Below the pieces are notes generated by a model that was not told the DNA's origin, did no database searches, and saw only the letters and a list, made by a program, of their open reading frames with translations. DNA of 61,951 bases, the filler included, from Chiloscyllium plagiosum (Eukaryota): assembly GCF_004010195.1 (NCBI RefSeq). It is 2 parts of one record of this genome, joined end to end, with 100 filler letters (N's around TTAATTAATTAA, not from the genome) between each part and the next. Parts side by side here need not be neighbours in the genome. Positions count along the whole stretch, not along the records: positions 31,824 to 61,951 come from NC_057715.1; 1 more part is not named here. One strand, 5' to 3'. Positions within the stretch are counted from its first letter, which is position 1; every line of letters begins with the position of its first letter. A program made the translations under genes and the position numbers. This document shows positions 50,956-61,951 of this stretch, one piece after another.

Positions 50956-53900
50956 CTGGAAATAAATCAAAATCCAACATATTACTTAAACTTCACTACC
51001 AAGCATCTTCAGCTATTAGCAATCTAATCTAATTTAAACAACAATTAATTGCCTAGAATATTTTAACGGAAAATAAGATGATCCTCTTTTTCTTTAAAAG
51101 TCCTCGAGTGGACACTAACATTTTAGGCTGTCGGTTGCTAGAGCTCATACAGCAGATCTGTTGATAAATCAACAGATTTGGCACTTTGTTCAGGTTCATT
51201 CAATTACAAGCACGGGGTGTGGCTTTCTACCAAATTGCTTCAACAAACAAAGATCAGCTGGTATCTTTATTGCAAGCAGAGCTGCTAAATGTCGTCTGCC
51301 TACCTAAGTCAACCCAGTCAATTTACGGGATGTTTACGGAGCGACAATGGTGTTTCATTCTGTGAGATAAACATTCTAAGTGACGAACTTAAATGCCTTT
51401 TCAGGTTTCTTGCATACACTGATATGATCAGAATGCTCTTAAATTAGGAGCAAAATACAAATTCAGTCTTTTGCCCACTATAAGCCAGTTACTGAGTTCA
51501 TTGCGGCTTCATGTAACCGCACCTACACAGAAACCCCCACAGCTCATTTACAGTTACATACAAAATGTGTCTAATATAATTAATTGGAATTTTGATCAGT
51601 TTGAGTAAAATGGATGCATATTTTTCACCTATTGCCGAACCTAATGCGTCAATATTTATAAATAACATATTCATCATTGAAACCCATTGGCACTATTGCA
51701 ATGAGCCTAATGTTAAAATTACAACATCACTCAAACTGATTGAGGAATTTCAGATCAGAGAAGAATCATTGGACTTGGAACAGATGTTGCCAGACCTGCT
51801 GTGTTTCTGTTTAAGATTTCTAGTATCCACAATACTTTGCTTCCATATTAGCATGTATGTCTAACGCTATGCTATAACAAAACTCAGGCCAACACTCATG
51901 TCAAGGAGCTGTTCCAGTTTTCTACCAACCTCTGGTTTCTCACTTCTTTCTTCATCATCATTTCCATTTGACTCTTCAGTAAACTCCAAAGCAATTCTCC
52001 CTGACCTCACCGCCACCTCCCCTCCCACCCACCTCAACCCGCATCAACACCTTGCATTTGAAGATTGTAGTGCACACCACTGATTATGAATCTTGAAGGT
52101 TTCTTTTAGTAGAGCAAACAATTTAGCTCAAGGTATCCAGAGGATCATACCTGTGTGTTTCAGCAGGTCTACTCATTCAAACTTTGTTGTACAGCTGATT
52201 GCATTAGCCATAAACCAGTTGGTGAGGGAGTGCCGTTCCCTTCTGAGCAGCTTCCGTACAACTTAATAGTCTCAATAAAATAGGGATGATATTGAGGAAT
52301 GTGTCAAAACCATCACAAGACAGTTGCACAGATATACATCACTTGCTCCTAGTGGTCAAAAGCTTCAACAGCGAACAAACAACACCCGGAAAACTTGTTG
52401 CCCTTGGTTGAGGGAATGAAAAAGGCCCACTGTGACTACACTTGCTCTGGTATTGGGCGCTGATAAGTGAGATGAACATTATAAATAGGGGCAGGAGTAG
52501 TCCATACAAACCACAAACATTTAAGCCATTCAATATGATCACAGCAGATCTCCAACTTCAACATCGGTTTTTTGTTGCCACCTCCAATATCCCTTGATTC
52601 GCAGGGAGACGCTTCCATCTCCACCTTAACTATATTCAATGATCACCCCCTTGTTGAAATGCACAATCTTACATGCTGCTCCTAAGTTTCAGATACAACG
52701 TTCTGTCCCTTTGCACTTTCTACCTTCACCATTTTCTTGGTGTCACAGCAAGTGCTTTTGCTGCTTTCCTCATGACTTAGAATCCCACAAACATTATCTG
52801 CAGCAAACCGAGAATGAGTGCTCAGGAGCACAACTAACTCTTAGAGAAAGAATATCGCATAACCAAGCCAGTCAAAAAGAAAAAAAATTGGCCCAAGTCA
52901 CTGAAAAAAAAACTTAACCACAATCTTTGACTGTGAGGATTTCTAAAAATTGTTTGCGAAGGTGGTTTCCTGACTAGTCCCAACATGGTTCGCTGGGTGA
53001 CTAAGAAATTACCTCATTGGTACACGAGCACCAAATTCTCAAAATGTCCTGTTTCAGAGCTGTATATCACCTTTTCCGAATTATCAGTCATGAAGAAATG
53101 TGACTGGACTCAAACGTTAACTCTGGATTTCTCTCAACAGATGCTGCCAGACCCACTGAAATTTTCCAGTAATTTCTATTTTTGGACTAATGGAATAGTT
53201 AAGCGTGGAGGGTACAAAAGCATTGTATATCAGGGACGTTTCGTGCTCATTTGACAGTGGTTTCTTACAACCAGTCGGAAGATAACTTTTAGGCTATCAA
53301 TTTGAGCTGCATTTAAACTCAAGTCTCGGAGTCGAAGCAGGTTGTTGAACAAGCTTTACCTTTCACTTTCATCTACCATTCAGTAATAAAAATACATCAA
53401 CAGAATTCAGTAAAGGTTTAACAAATCCCAGTCACTACATCTGATGTAGTATCGCTGCACACTTTTGTTCCTATTCACCATACGAATGTTAACTTTATGT
53501 CACAGCTGCAGTTTACATTTGGTCAACTAAGCCAGCATAACTAAATCTGCACATTATTTAGAAATCTTGAGACAACAGGAGAAATTGCAAATATTCTCAG
53601 ATGGTAAGAGAATATTACCATCTGAGCAAATAGAGGATTGTTTAATGGACAGAAAATATCAAAAGAATGAATCATTGTGAGGAGGTGTCACAATGATCAG
53701 TGCTTGCTTTGCCTCAGATATGTATCAATGGCTTAGAGGTGACTGGGGAATGATACATTCACATTTACTGATAATATAAAACTAAGTGGGAAAATAAGCT
53801 GTACTGAGCCTCAAAAAAGGTTTGTGAAGAGATATAAACATGTTGAGTGGGCAACTAGGTTGCATATGATGTGAGGACATGTGAAATTATCTAAGACTGG

Positions 53901-54574
53901 AAAAGCAGAATATTTCTTTGAAAAGAGAGAGATTCAGAGGAAGTGAGAGCACTTGTACATGAAGATACAGCAAGCAATTTAAAAATTGAAATGAAATGAT
54001 ATCCTTAATGCAACAGTGTTGGAGTGAAATATTATTGAAGTCTTTCTAAAACTTCCTTTGGCACTGATGAGATCACATTTGGAGGACAGGTTTTGTCTCC
54101 TTATCTAAGGAAGATGTGCTTGCCTTGGAGATAGTGTAACAGATTTCTAACAGAAGATGTTGTAAGAAGAGAGATCAAATAGTGTCCTGTATTCTCTGGA
54201 AGTTGGAAGAGTAAGAAGTCATCTCACTGAAAAAAAGTTCTTCGATGGATGAGGAGGATAAATGCTGAGACACTGTTGTCCATGTCTGAAGAGCCTAGAG
54301 TCAAGGCTCATGACATCAGGAGGTGGTGGCCACTTAAAAAAAAAAGGACTGAGAAGAGTAACCCTTCCCATCCCCATAACCTCACACTGCCCCAACTGAG
54401 GGCTATTCTAGAGATTACCTATGGAATAATTTCTTATTTTCATGCACTCATTCATTAGGTAATGCAATCGAGTCATAGCAATCCCTTCTACATTTGAATT
54501 GACATGTGGGGCATCTAGACTCCAAAGATGAAGAATTCCTCTTTTAAAAAAGCCCCAAAGAACTACAGAAGTGG

Positions 54575-54758
54575 GAATTCTGAAACAAACAGAAACTGCT
54601 GGAGAAGCTGGCTGCATCTGTGGGTAGAAAGCAGAGTTAATGCTTCAGGTTGAGTGTCCCTTCTTCAGTTTTTTTTTTAAGGCGGCATTAACTCTGCTTT
54701 CTATCCACAGATGCTGTCAGACCTGCTGAGTTTCTCCAACAAGTTCTGTTTTTGTTTT
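54575..54758. mobile_element. Degenerate PLE-derived hairpin remnant
   Basis: gcatctgtgggtagaaagcagagttaatgc and its inverse gcattaactctgctttctatccacagatgc; same family as the 1304 element. Confidence 0.7.
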
Positions 54759-55728
54759 ATGAATATTCCTGAAAATTACAGTAATAGAAAAAATCATAAT
54801 AATTCCATTAAACCTGAAGTTACAATATGCAAGGAAAGCATTAATTTCTTGACCATCACAAATTGGCACACGGTAGCAGATACAAGTTAGCAGCAAAAAC
54901 TTTTTCCAAAATAATGGACGCACCCTTCTACACAAAAGAAAATCATCACCCTAAGCACAAGCTCTGCAGACTGAAGTCAGCTACTGCATTTCATCTCACA
55001 TACTCAAAGCTGGAATGTACTAAATTAGACAGTTTAAAGCATAACTGATCACAATCCCCGATTTAAATTTAACAACCGACACTTCATCTGAAGGGGATAT
55101 AAATAGGGCGAGGTAATACCAGGTCGTGTGCTTGCTCAGTGCAAAGAATGTCACACAAACCCATCATGTCATGACTGATGAATTGTGAAATTGAAAGGCT
55201 GTATTATGGGACAGCAGCAACATGAGCACTGTAATGAAGTGCTGCAAAACTTAGCCAAGTTGAGCACAGTGCCCAGGCAACTTAGACCTGCTTCCTTGCA
55301 GATGCTCACATAAAATCTTTAGTTGCTCGAATCCTGCAAATTCCAGGGTGATCGTTTCACAACAATTGGTACAGTTGTCTGGATCCCTAGGGCTCGATAA
55401 CCAGCACAGGATTGAACATCGACATCAGACAAGTTACATAATTTACTTTACCACCCTTTAGATAGGGAGGTCAACAGTTGACAGTAAGCCAGTGGGCCAA
55501 TTCAGAGATCTGAACCAAGGAATGGGTCTGCAGGTGAAGTAACCAAACACAGCAGCACATGAATCGTGCTGGGATGTTGTTCCTAGCATAAACCAGGTAC
55601 ATTAAGGAAGTGGTGTAGGGTAAAATAGCACACTGCACGAATATGACAACTGGTAGACCAAGATCTTCATATATAACTGACCAAAGAATCAAACTAGAAA
55701 CCCCAGGGTAACCCACTAAACCGGATAT

Positions 55729-56075
55729 AGGCCTACAAAATCATGAGGTATAAACAGGGTGGATAGCAAGAAACTTTTACGCCAAGAGTGGAGGACTTAA
55801 TTATAGGGGTCACGAGTTCGAAGTGAGGGGGAAATGTTTAGGGGAGATATGCATGGAAAGTTCTTCATGCAGAGGGTAGTGGGTGCCTGGAACGCATTGC
55901 CAGTGGAGGGGGTAGGGGCGGGAACGATAGCATCATTTAAGACGTATCTAGACAGATAGATGAATCGGCAGGGAGCAAAGGGATATAAATCCTTAGAAAA
56001 CAGGCAGCAGGTTTACATAGATGATCCGGATCGGCGCAGGCTTTGAGGGCCAAAGCTCCTGTTCCTGCACTGTAA
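55729..56075 (+). mobile_element. CR1-type LINE 3' end
   Basis: YKIMRG-like start, GKFFMQRVVGAWNALP..., SFKTYLDR motifs and 3' UTR. Confidence 0.8.
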
Positions 56076-58342
56076 GTTTCTTTGCTCTTGATTAAGAAAA
56101 GCTGGGACAGACATGAAGGAGGGTGGAAGGGGCAGACAAGATGGAAAAGAAGAGAATGGAAAACATAATAGTATGGACAATGGGACTCTCCTTCTCTGTG
56201 CCCACCTCCTTTTATTCTCTTTTCTCTCTCTCTTAAACCTTCATAGCCCCAGACAAAAGATGACAGCCCTTGGAGTTGGCCCACAATAACACATTCCCCT
56301 CTCAAGGCCCTACTCAGCTCAGAGCAATCCCAGTCACATATTCACTGCAGCCAGTGACATTCCCATTCAGTCCTTCAAAGATAGTTTGAGAACCACCCCA
56401 TCAGCAACAGATGTGGGAATCAGCAGTAACTGCAAGTGAGTAACAGTTGGTGATAGGAGGAGCAGTTCCTCATGAGGTTGGTCCTTCCCGTGTACATGGA
56501 CAATATCTCCCTGAATGTTTGTAACTCCCTCCCAAACAACTCCCATCCGACATATTCACATTTTCCAAGGCCTTTTGGGGTGATTTTGTTTGCCACTTCC
56601 ATGTGTCTTGAGGCCTGGAATCAAGGATTATGGTGGGAAAGTAGAGCGGAGAATAAAAGATCAATCATATTTCTGTCTACCTAGAAAACAAAACCAAGAA
56701 TGACTGCATTCTCTATTGTTATGCTCGGATGAAAGCTCAGAACCAGAAATATTAACTGTTTCTCTCCATGAATGCTGCCTGAACTGTGGAGTATTTTTTG
56801 AGTTTGCCTTTCAGATTTCAAGCATCTATAATCTTTTGTTTTTAAATAATGTATATTAAATAATAATTCATGGCTTTGACAGCACTGTAAAAAGCAGAGT
56901 CACAGATAACCCTGCTTGCCATAATCCACAAATGGAAAGTGGATTTACTTCAACTCTCTGCATGTTGCTGTGTTAGCAAAGGAACAGATATTTATAGCTA
57001 TCTCCTGCAAGGCCGACAGGACGTCACACCCAACTGGCAAGAGCAGCTGAAAAGCAAAGTCTGGAAAAAAAAGAGAAGGGAGTAAAGCAAAAATTCTATT
57101 TAACTTATTTGTATTTCTAGCTATAATTCCTTCTAATATTGCATCCCTTTCATCTGGATGACAGGATTCTGTGATCATGGACTCAAAAGCAAGTGCAAAG
57201 CTGCTGAGAGTCTTTAGTAATCACCTCAAGACACTTTCCATTTTTTATTCATAAACTGATGCTGGTAAGGCTCTGTTTATTGCACATCCCTCGTTGTCCT
57301 GGCAACAACAGCTGCAAAAGCAATTATATTAGCTCTAGCGTTTGAAATCATGTGGGAAGATTGTGATTTCAGGCTAATCATCATCTCTTATTTCTCCAGG
57401 GTACTAAGTTCATGATCTGTAATATACAGGAGAGGGAGAAGTCACAGGCTGAGATGCTCAGAGCGTGGAAGACAAAGTGACTTCTATAACCGTGATAAAT
57501 CAGTCTTCAAAAGGATTAGTCTTAAAGAGACCAAGAACGTGATGCTTTTCACAACCCCAGTATCTATTTCACAGATAATAATCAATTTGCTTTCTTCAGG
57601 TTTGCTTCTACGTTGATAGAAATTTAATGAGCTTGATACCCATTGCACTTCCTTGAAAAATCTTTGTCACTCAACATTATAAATAGCCAGAGGTTTGTTT
57701 AGTTTCAGAGCTTCTCAACAAGCGCTTCAGATACGTTGCTGTATTTAGGCTTTTAATTCACTCAATGTTGCTGTTTCCAATTATATCTCAACTAATCACT
57801 TTGCAGTCTGAGAGAAATAAACTCTTATTGATGTTGAACATAATTAATCCTGGTGACAAAGGCAATAAATTTCAGAGATTAAAAACATTAAAAGATCTCT
57901 TGCATACTCTGGCCTTTAAAAACAAGACAGCGTTTTCTGTTACATTCATCTCTTGAGATCCATTAACATTTTCCATAAATAGGTCAAGCAAGAAATGTTA
58001 TAGTTTTGATGGGAATAGGAAGTTGCAAAATGTGTTTCATTTCATTTAATATTTCAGCTCTACTAGAAAGTACAATATTGCATGTTTTTTATGGAAATGT
58101 AAATCACAGCATATATATTGGCATGAACAAAAGGAGTATCAGTTATATGCTGACATAACATGCATATGAATTGATAGGTAAAAGACTCCGATGTGACTAA
58201 TCCTTCAGAAACTGCTTGAAGCCTGTTATGCATGTTCATGTATAGCATCTAACATTTTCAGAATTGTCATTTAATTCAAATTAAGAAACACATAATATTA
58301 TAATTCAACAATAGTGAGTAAATTTGTGTTTTTCCTCCTTAC

Positions 58343-58424
58343 CTACAAAGTGGCTCCATGAAATCTTTGTCAAGGAAATCATGATCTTTCTTTACAGATG
58401 CAATGTCAATTGGAAATTGTGAAT
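58343..58424 (-). CDS. STARD13: STARD13 SAM-domain exon (equivalent to human exon 3)
   Basis: Minus strand attgcag|AT acceptor and AG|gtaagg donor; 82 nt. Translates (D)SQFPIDIASVKKDHDFLDKDFMEPLC(R); phase fits the 64-nt exon. Confidence 0.95.
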
Positions 58425-59704
58425 CTGCAATACATCAATTTTTTTAAAAAATTATACCTGGATACTATATTGCGATGAATGAACAAAACAATGCTTTCTT
58501 CAAAGACAATATGATCTTTATATAAAAAAATAAACAAATTATCAGAAATATCCAGCAGGCCCATGTGTATTTGACAAGAGCAAAGACATGCCTCATGACA
58601 AAATTATACCTTTTATATTTTCAATTGGAAATAAGTATATTAACAAGATTTTGTGTTTTTTTTTTAAACAAACTGCAACACTTCAAATACTCATTTAAAA
58701 AGGATACTCAATTTCTAAGAAAATTTGCTGTGTGGCTGACAATTTTCATTGCGTTATTTGACTGGAAAATACAATTTTGTCCAAATCTTGTTCTGAGAGA
58801 ATGAGAAGCTCACATCATTAAAGGAATTCTTCATTGGTTAGATGATAAAGTCAACAATTCCAGCAAATGTTTAATTTATTTAAACAGAGTTGTCAAAATT
58901 TCTCATCATGTCACTGATCTCAGAGACAAATGTACTCAGCTGCAGAATGTTTCTGCAACACAGCATAAATTGGGACATCTCTACAATAACAGCCCGAAAG
59001 TTCCAATAATCTTGTTTTTAATTACACTTCTCTCCAGTATTTCTTTTAACATGTTCCACTGCCACAGATTCAATTAATCAGTAAACTGATCAACTTAAGA
59101 TAACACTGAACAGGATACTGCTCCAACAGCCAAGTCACTGGTGTTGGTTAAACAGTTCAATGTTTGGTAAACAAGAACGATGTGTATTCCAAACAGGAAA
59201 TTTAGATTTTAAATCTTAAAAGTGGGCCTGTGGAAGGAAATTTGATGATGTATATTATCTTACTCAACTAATAGGAAAAGGTAAAAGATTAATGGTCATC
59301 ACCTTCAGGCATTCAGCCCTCACAGTCAGTCAAGTCTGACAATTCATATAGACACAAACTTCTTACTGCATAGATGATATGACAGCTTATTTGGTGATTT
59401 TGTTAGGAATTACTAATTGCTGGGCTAATTGTACTGAGCATTGACAGATCTATTGCTTTTCAGTATTTTCTAACCAAACTGCTCAGTGATCTTGTTCCAC
59501 ACCGCTGGAGCAGCTAGGACTTAAACTCATTGCTTTTATACTGGTGCTCACCATGCCAACAAGTCTTGTTGATCCACAGGATGGTGGGGTTGACAGAATG
59601 GAGGTCAGATTGCACACTGCAAAGGCTGGAAGCTTGCTCATGCAATACAAACACAAACAGCACAAATCTAAAGCAATTAGGATGGAAGACTATTGAGGTG
59701 ATAA

Positions 59705-59793
59705 TGTTAAAAATCACAACACCAGGTTTAGTCCAACAGGCTTAATTGGAAGCACTAGCTTTCGGAGCGCTGCTCCTTCATCAGGTGGTTGTG
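59705..59793 (-). ncRNA. Solo PLE terminal-repeat fragment with an intact minimal hammerhead motif (59753-59787)
   Basis: Minus strand reads cac-CTGATGA-a-ggagc agc gctcc-GAAA-GCTA-gtg; same family as the arms of the 13853 element. Confidence 0.8.
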
Positions 59794-61306
59794 AATGGAC
59801 ATGCAATGAGAAATTTGGGAATTGAAAAATATGAAATACTAAGAGTGTAAATAGGTAAAGAATAGAAAATAACATAGCTGGGAAGGTGTGGAAAATAGGA
59901 AGAAAACTGCCTTTGACCTTAAACAGTTCAATTTACTCTCTCATTACAGCTTCCATTGTTAGGTAGCCTAAAGCTTCTGAGGGTGGGGAGGGGTAATGGG
60001 TTGGAATGGGGAATAACTCTTTGGACACAGCTGGTACAGGGTCTGCACCCCTGATGTATGAGTACTTCTAACACTTTGTTTTTATTTATGATCCTTCACC
60101 AGTCTATGATGCCCATTGTTTCAAAGAAGCTGCAGAGGTAATCTCAAAGAATGTTATATTAGCGTGCTAGTAAATTATATTGACCTTCGCATACACTTAA
60201 GTAATTGTGCAGTGTAAAATAATAATTACAGAATGTATAGCTGTGTATTTAAGGCAGTTCATAGCATTATACCGTAGGTTAAAATCACTTAAATTTGTAG
60301 ATTATTATTGCAAACTCTACATTTAGGTCCCTAAATATAGTTATGGCAGACTTAAGATAAATTTCAGTCACAACAACAAAGAATAGTAGTTGTCTAACAT
60401 TAAACCCATCTCTCACTCGGAGAAAAATCAATTAAGAAAACCAGCCTGGGAAATATATCCTTTTGAAATGTTTGAGAATCACAGCAAACTGGAGAAAAAC
60501 ACAGTTCTGAGAATTCAAGGAACATTGATTATGTGCTGCACACAAAACAAAAAAATTGGCTTGATATCCCGAGGCAAGTAGTTGCCATCTTGAGAGGATT
60601 GCTTACTAACAGCAAAAGCAGGTTTCATAAAATCCCAGTTAAGACCAATTTTGCGTTCCAAACACCCAGAACTCTCCCTCTATTACTTTAGAAAATTACA
60701 GAAATATATTAACAGATCAGGCAGCACTCCGTAAAGAAAAAAGACTGGTTAATATTTCAGCTTGTGATGAAGAGCTACAATTCAAAGGTTAAACCGAAAT
60801 CTGGTATGGATCATCTTAACGCTAACACGCTACTGATCCACTTACTGCCTGGATAGTAACGTTCCTCTGGAAAACTGAGCAGTCAATAGATTCTTGCTAA
60901 AGTACAGGTTAAAATGATGCACACAGATACGTGGCAGGAGGTTCTGGGAATGTCTTAAAGGAGGTAAGGCAGACGGTGTCTGTGGCATTAAGGCCCAAAA
61001 ATGTCTTGGGTACCTTCAGTGCTATTCATCCTTGCACCCCTACAAAGGGAAGCAATAAACTTACTGATGGACCTGGATTCCCTGTAAGCCTACAGAAGAT
61101 GCAAGTGTAAGTCACAGTAGCTTCTCCATTCAGGCCTGTTGGGTCCTGATGACATCATTAATGCCAGAAACGTATACTGAAGGAGGATTTGACAGTCAGG
61201 GTCGGTTCCTCACCTTACACCAGAAACACACAAGGTGGTGAGCTCCTGACAGTTACAAGATGGGCAAGTAAACTTAAGCAGTTGAGTTTTCGAACTTTCT
61301 ACAGGA

Positions 61307-61400
61307 GGTAGCATGTGGCTCAGTGGTTAGCACTGCTACCTCAGCGCCAGGTACCTGGGTTTGATTCCAGCCTTGGACAACTGGCTGTGTGGAGTTTGCA
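61307..61400 (+). mobile_element. 5' part of an HE1/V-SINE-type SINE
   Basis: tggctcagtggttagcactgct...gggtttgattccagcc...gtgtggagtttgca, then an abrupt switch to CR1 sequence. Confidence 0.85.
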
Positions 61401-61951
61401 GCGTGGGTTGGTACCTGGGACTTCGATGTTGTGGCTATTACGGAGACATGGCTAGAACAGGGACAGGATTGGCTGTTGCAGGTTCCAGGATTTAAATGTT
61501 TTAGTAGGGTCAGAGGTGGGGGTAAAAGAGGGGGAGGTGTGGCATTGCTTGTCAAAGATAGTATTACAGCGGTGGAAAGGACGATGGATGAGGACTTGCC
61601 ATCTGAGGTAGTTTGGGCTGAGGTTAGGAATAGGAAAGGTGAGGTCACCCTGTTAGGAGTCTTTTACAGGCCCCCCAATAGTCCTAGAAACGTAGAAGAA
61701 AGGATAGGGAAGGTGATTCAGGAGATGAGTGACAGTAATAGGGTGGTTGTGATGGGGGACTTTAACTTTCCTGATATTGATTGGGAAAGCTATAGCTCAA
61801 GTTCGTTAGATGGGACAGTGTTTGTTCAATGTGTGCAGGAGAGTTTCCTGACACAATATGTAGACAGGCCAACAAGAGGTGAGGCCATACTGGATTTGGT
61901 TCTGGGTAACGAACCAGGCCAGGTGTTAGAATTAAAGGTAGGTGAGCACTT
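61396..61951 (+). mobile_element. Young CR1-type LINE ORF2 endonuclease region, open to the window edge
   Basis: DVVAITETWL...RGGGVALLVK...GVFYRPP...VMGDFNFPDIDW...QYVDRPTRGEAILDLVLGN with no stop codon seen. Confidence 0.9.

Noticed and set aside
50215..51027. Long ORFs spanning N runs (also near 2085, 7061, 36446)
   Set aside because: Their length comes from translating Ns.
56945..57178. 77-aa minus-strand ORF (MITESCHPDERDAILEG...) inside a STARD13 intron
   Set aside because: No similarity I can recognise to STARD13 or other proteins, no convincing splice sites, and the flanking exons already join in phase.
1..61951. Prokaryote-type systems such as CRISPR arrays, operons or defence islands
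   Set aside because: The window is spliced vertebrate DNA; all RT and nuclease ORFs are explained by CR1/L2-group and Penelope-like retroelements, and no repeat-spacer array is visible.

Overview
Repeat-rich vertebrate genomic DNA. The SINE/LINE families and the divergence of the two proteins suggest a shark; the species cannot be determined from the window. Two convergent genes are partly present. BRCA2 (+ strand) contributes six exons (4900-27640) equivalent to human exons 16-21, covering the helical domain, OB1 and the start of OB2/tower. STARD13/DLC2 (- strand) contributes five exons (39968-58424): two SAM-domain exons, the end of the RhoGAP region and two START-domain exons. Both genes lack their 3' exons here and STARD13 also lacks its middle exons; an artificial N44-TTAATTAATTAA-N44 linker and an exact 500-N gap point to assembly gaps. 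The introns hold CR1 LINEs, tRNA-derived SINEs, a small DNA-transposon derivative and at least four families of Penelope-like elements (PLEs). The PLEs form inverted-repeat structures with target-site duplications and carry minimal hammerhead ribozyme motifs. The two most interesting signals are (1) a ~3.2 kb ORF1-less APE-RT LINE with an integral tRNA-like head, whose head and tail together make up a SINE family in the same window, and (2) intact hammerhead cores lying sense to the STARD13 pre-mRNA. Human exon and residue numbers and repeat-family names come from recall, not from a search.
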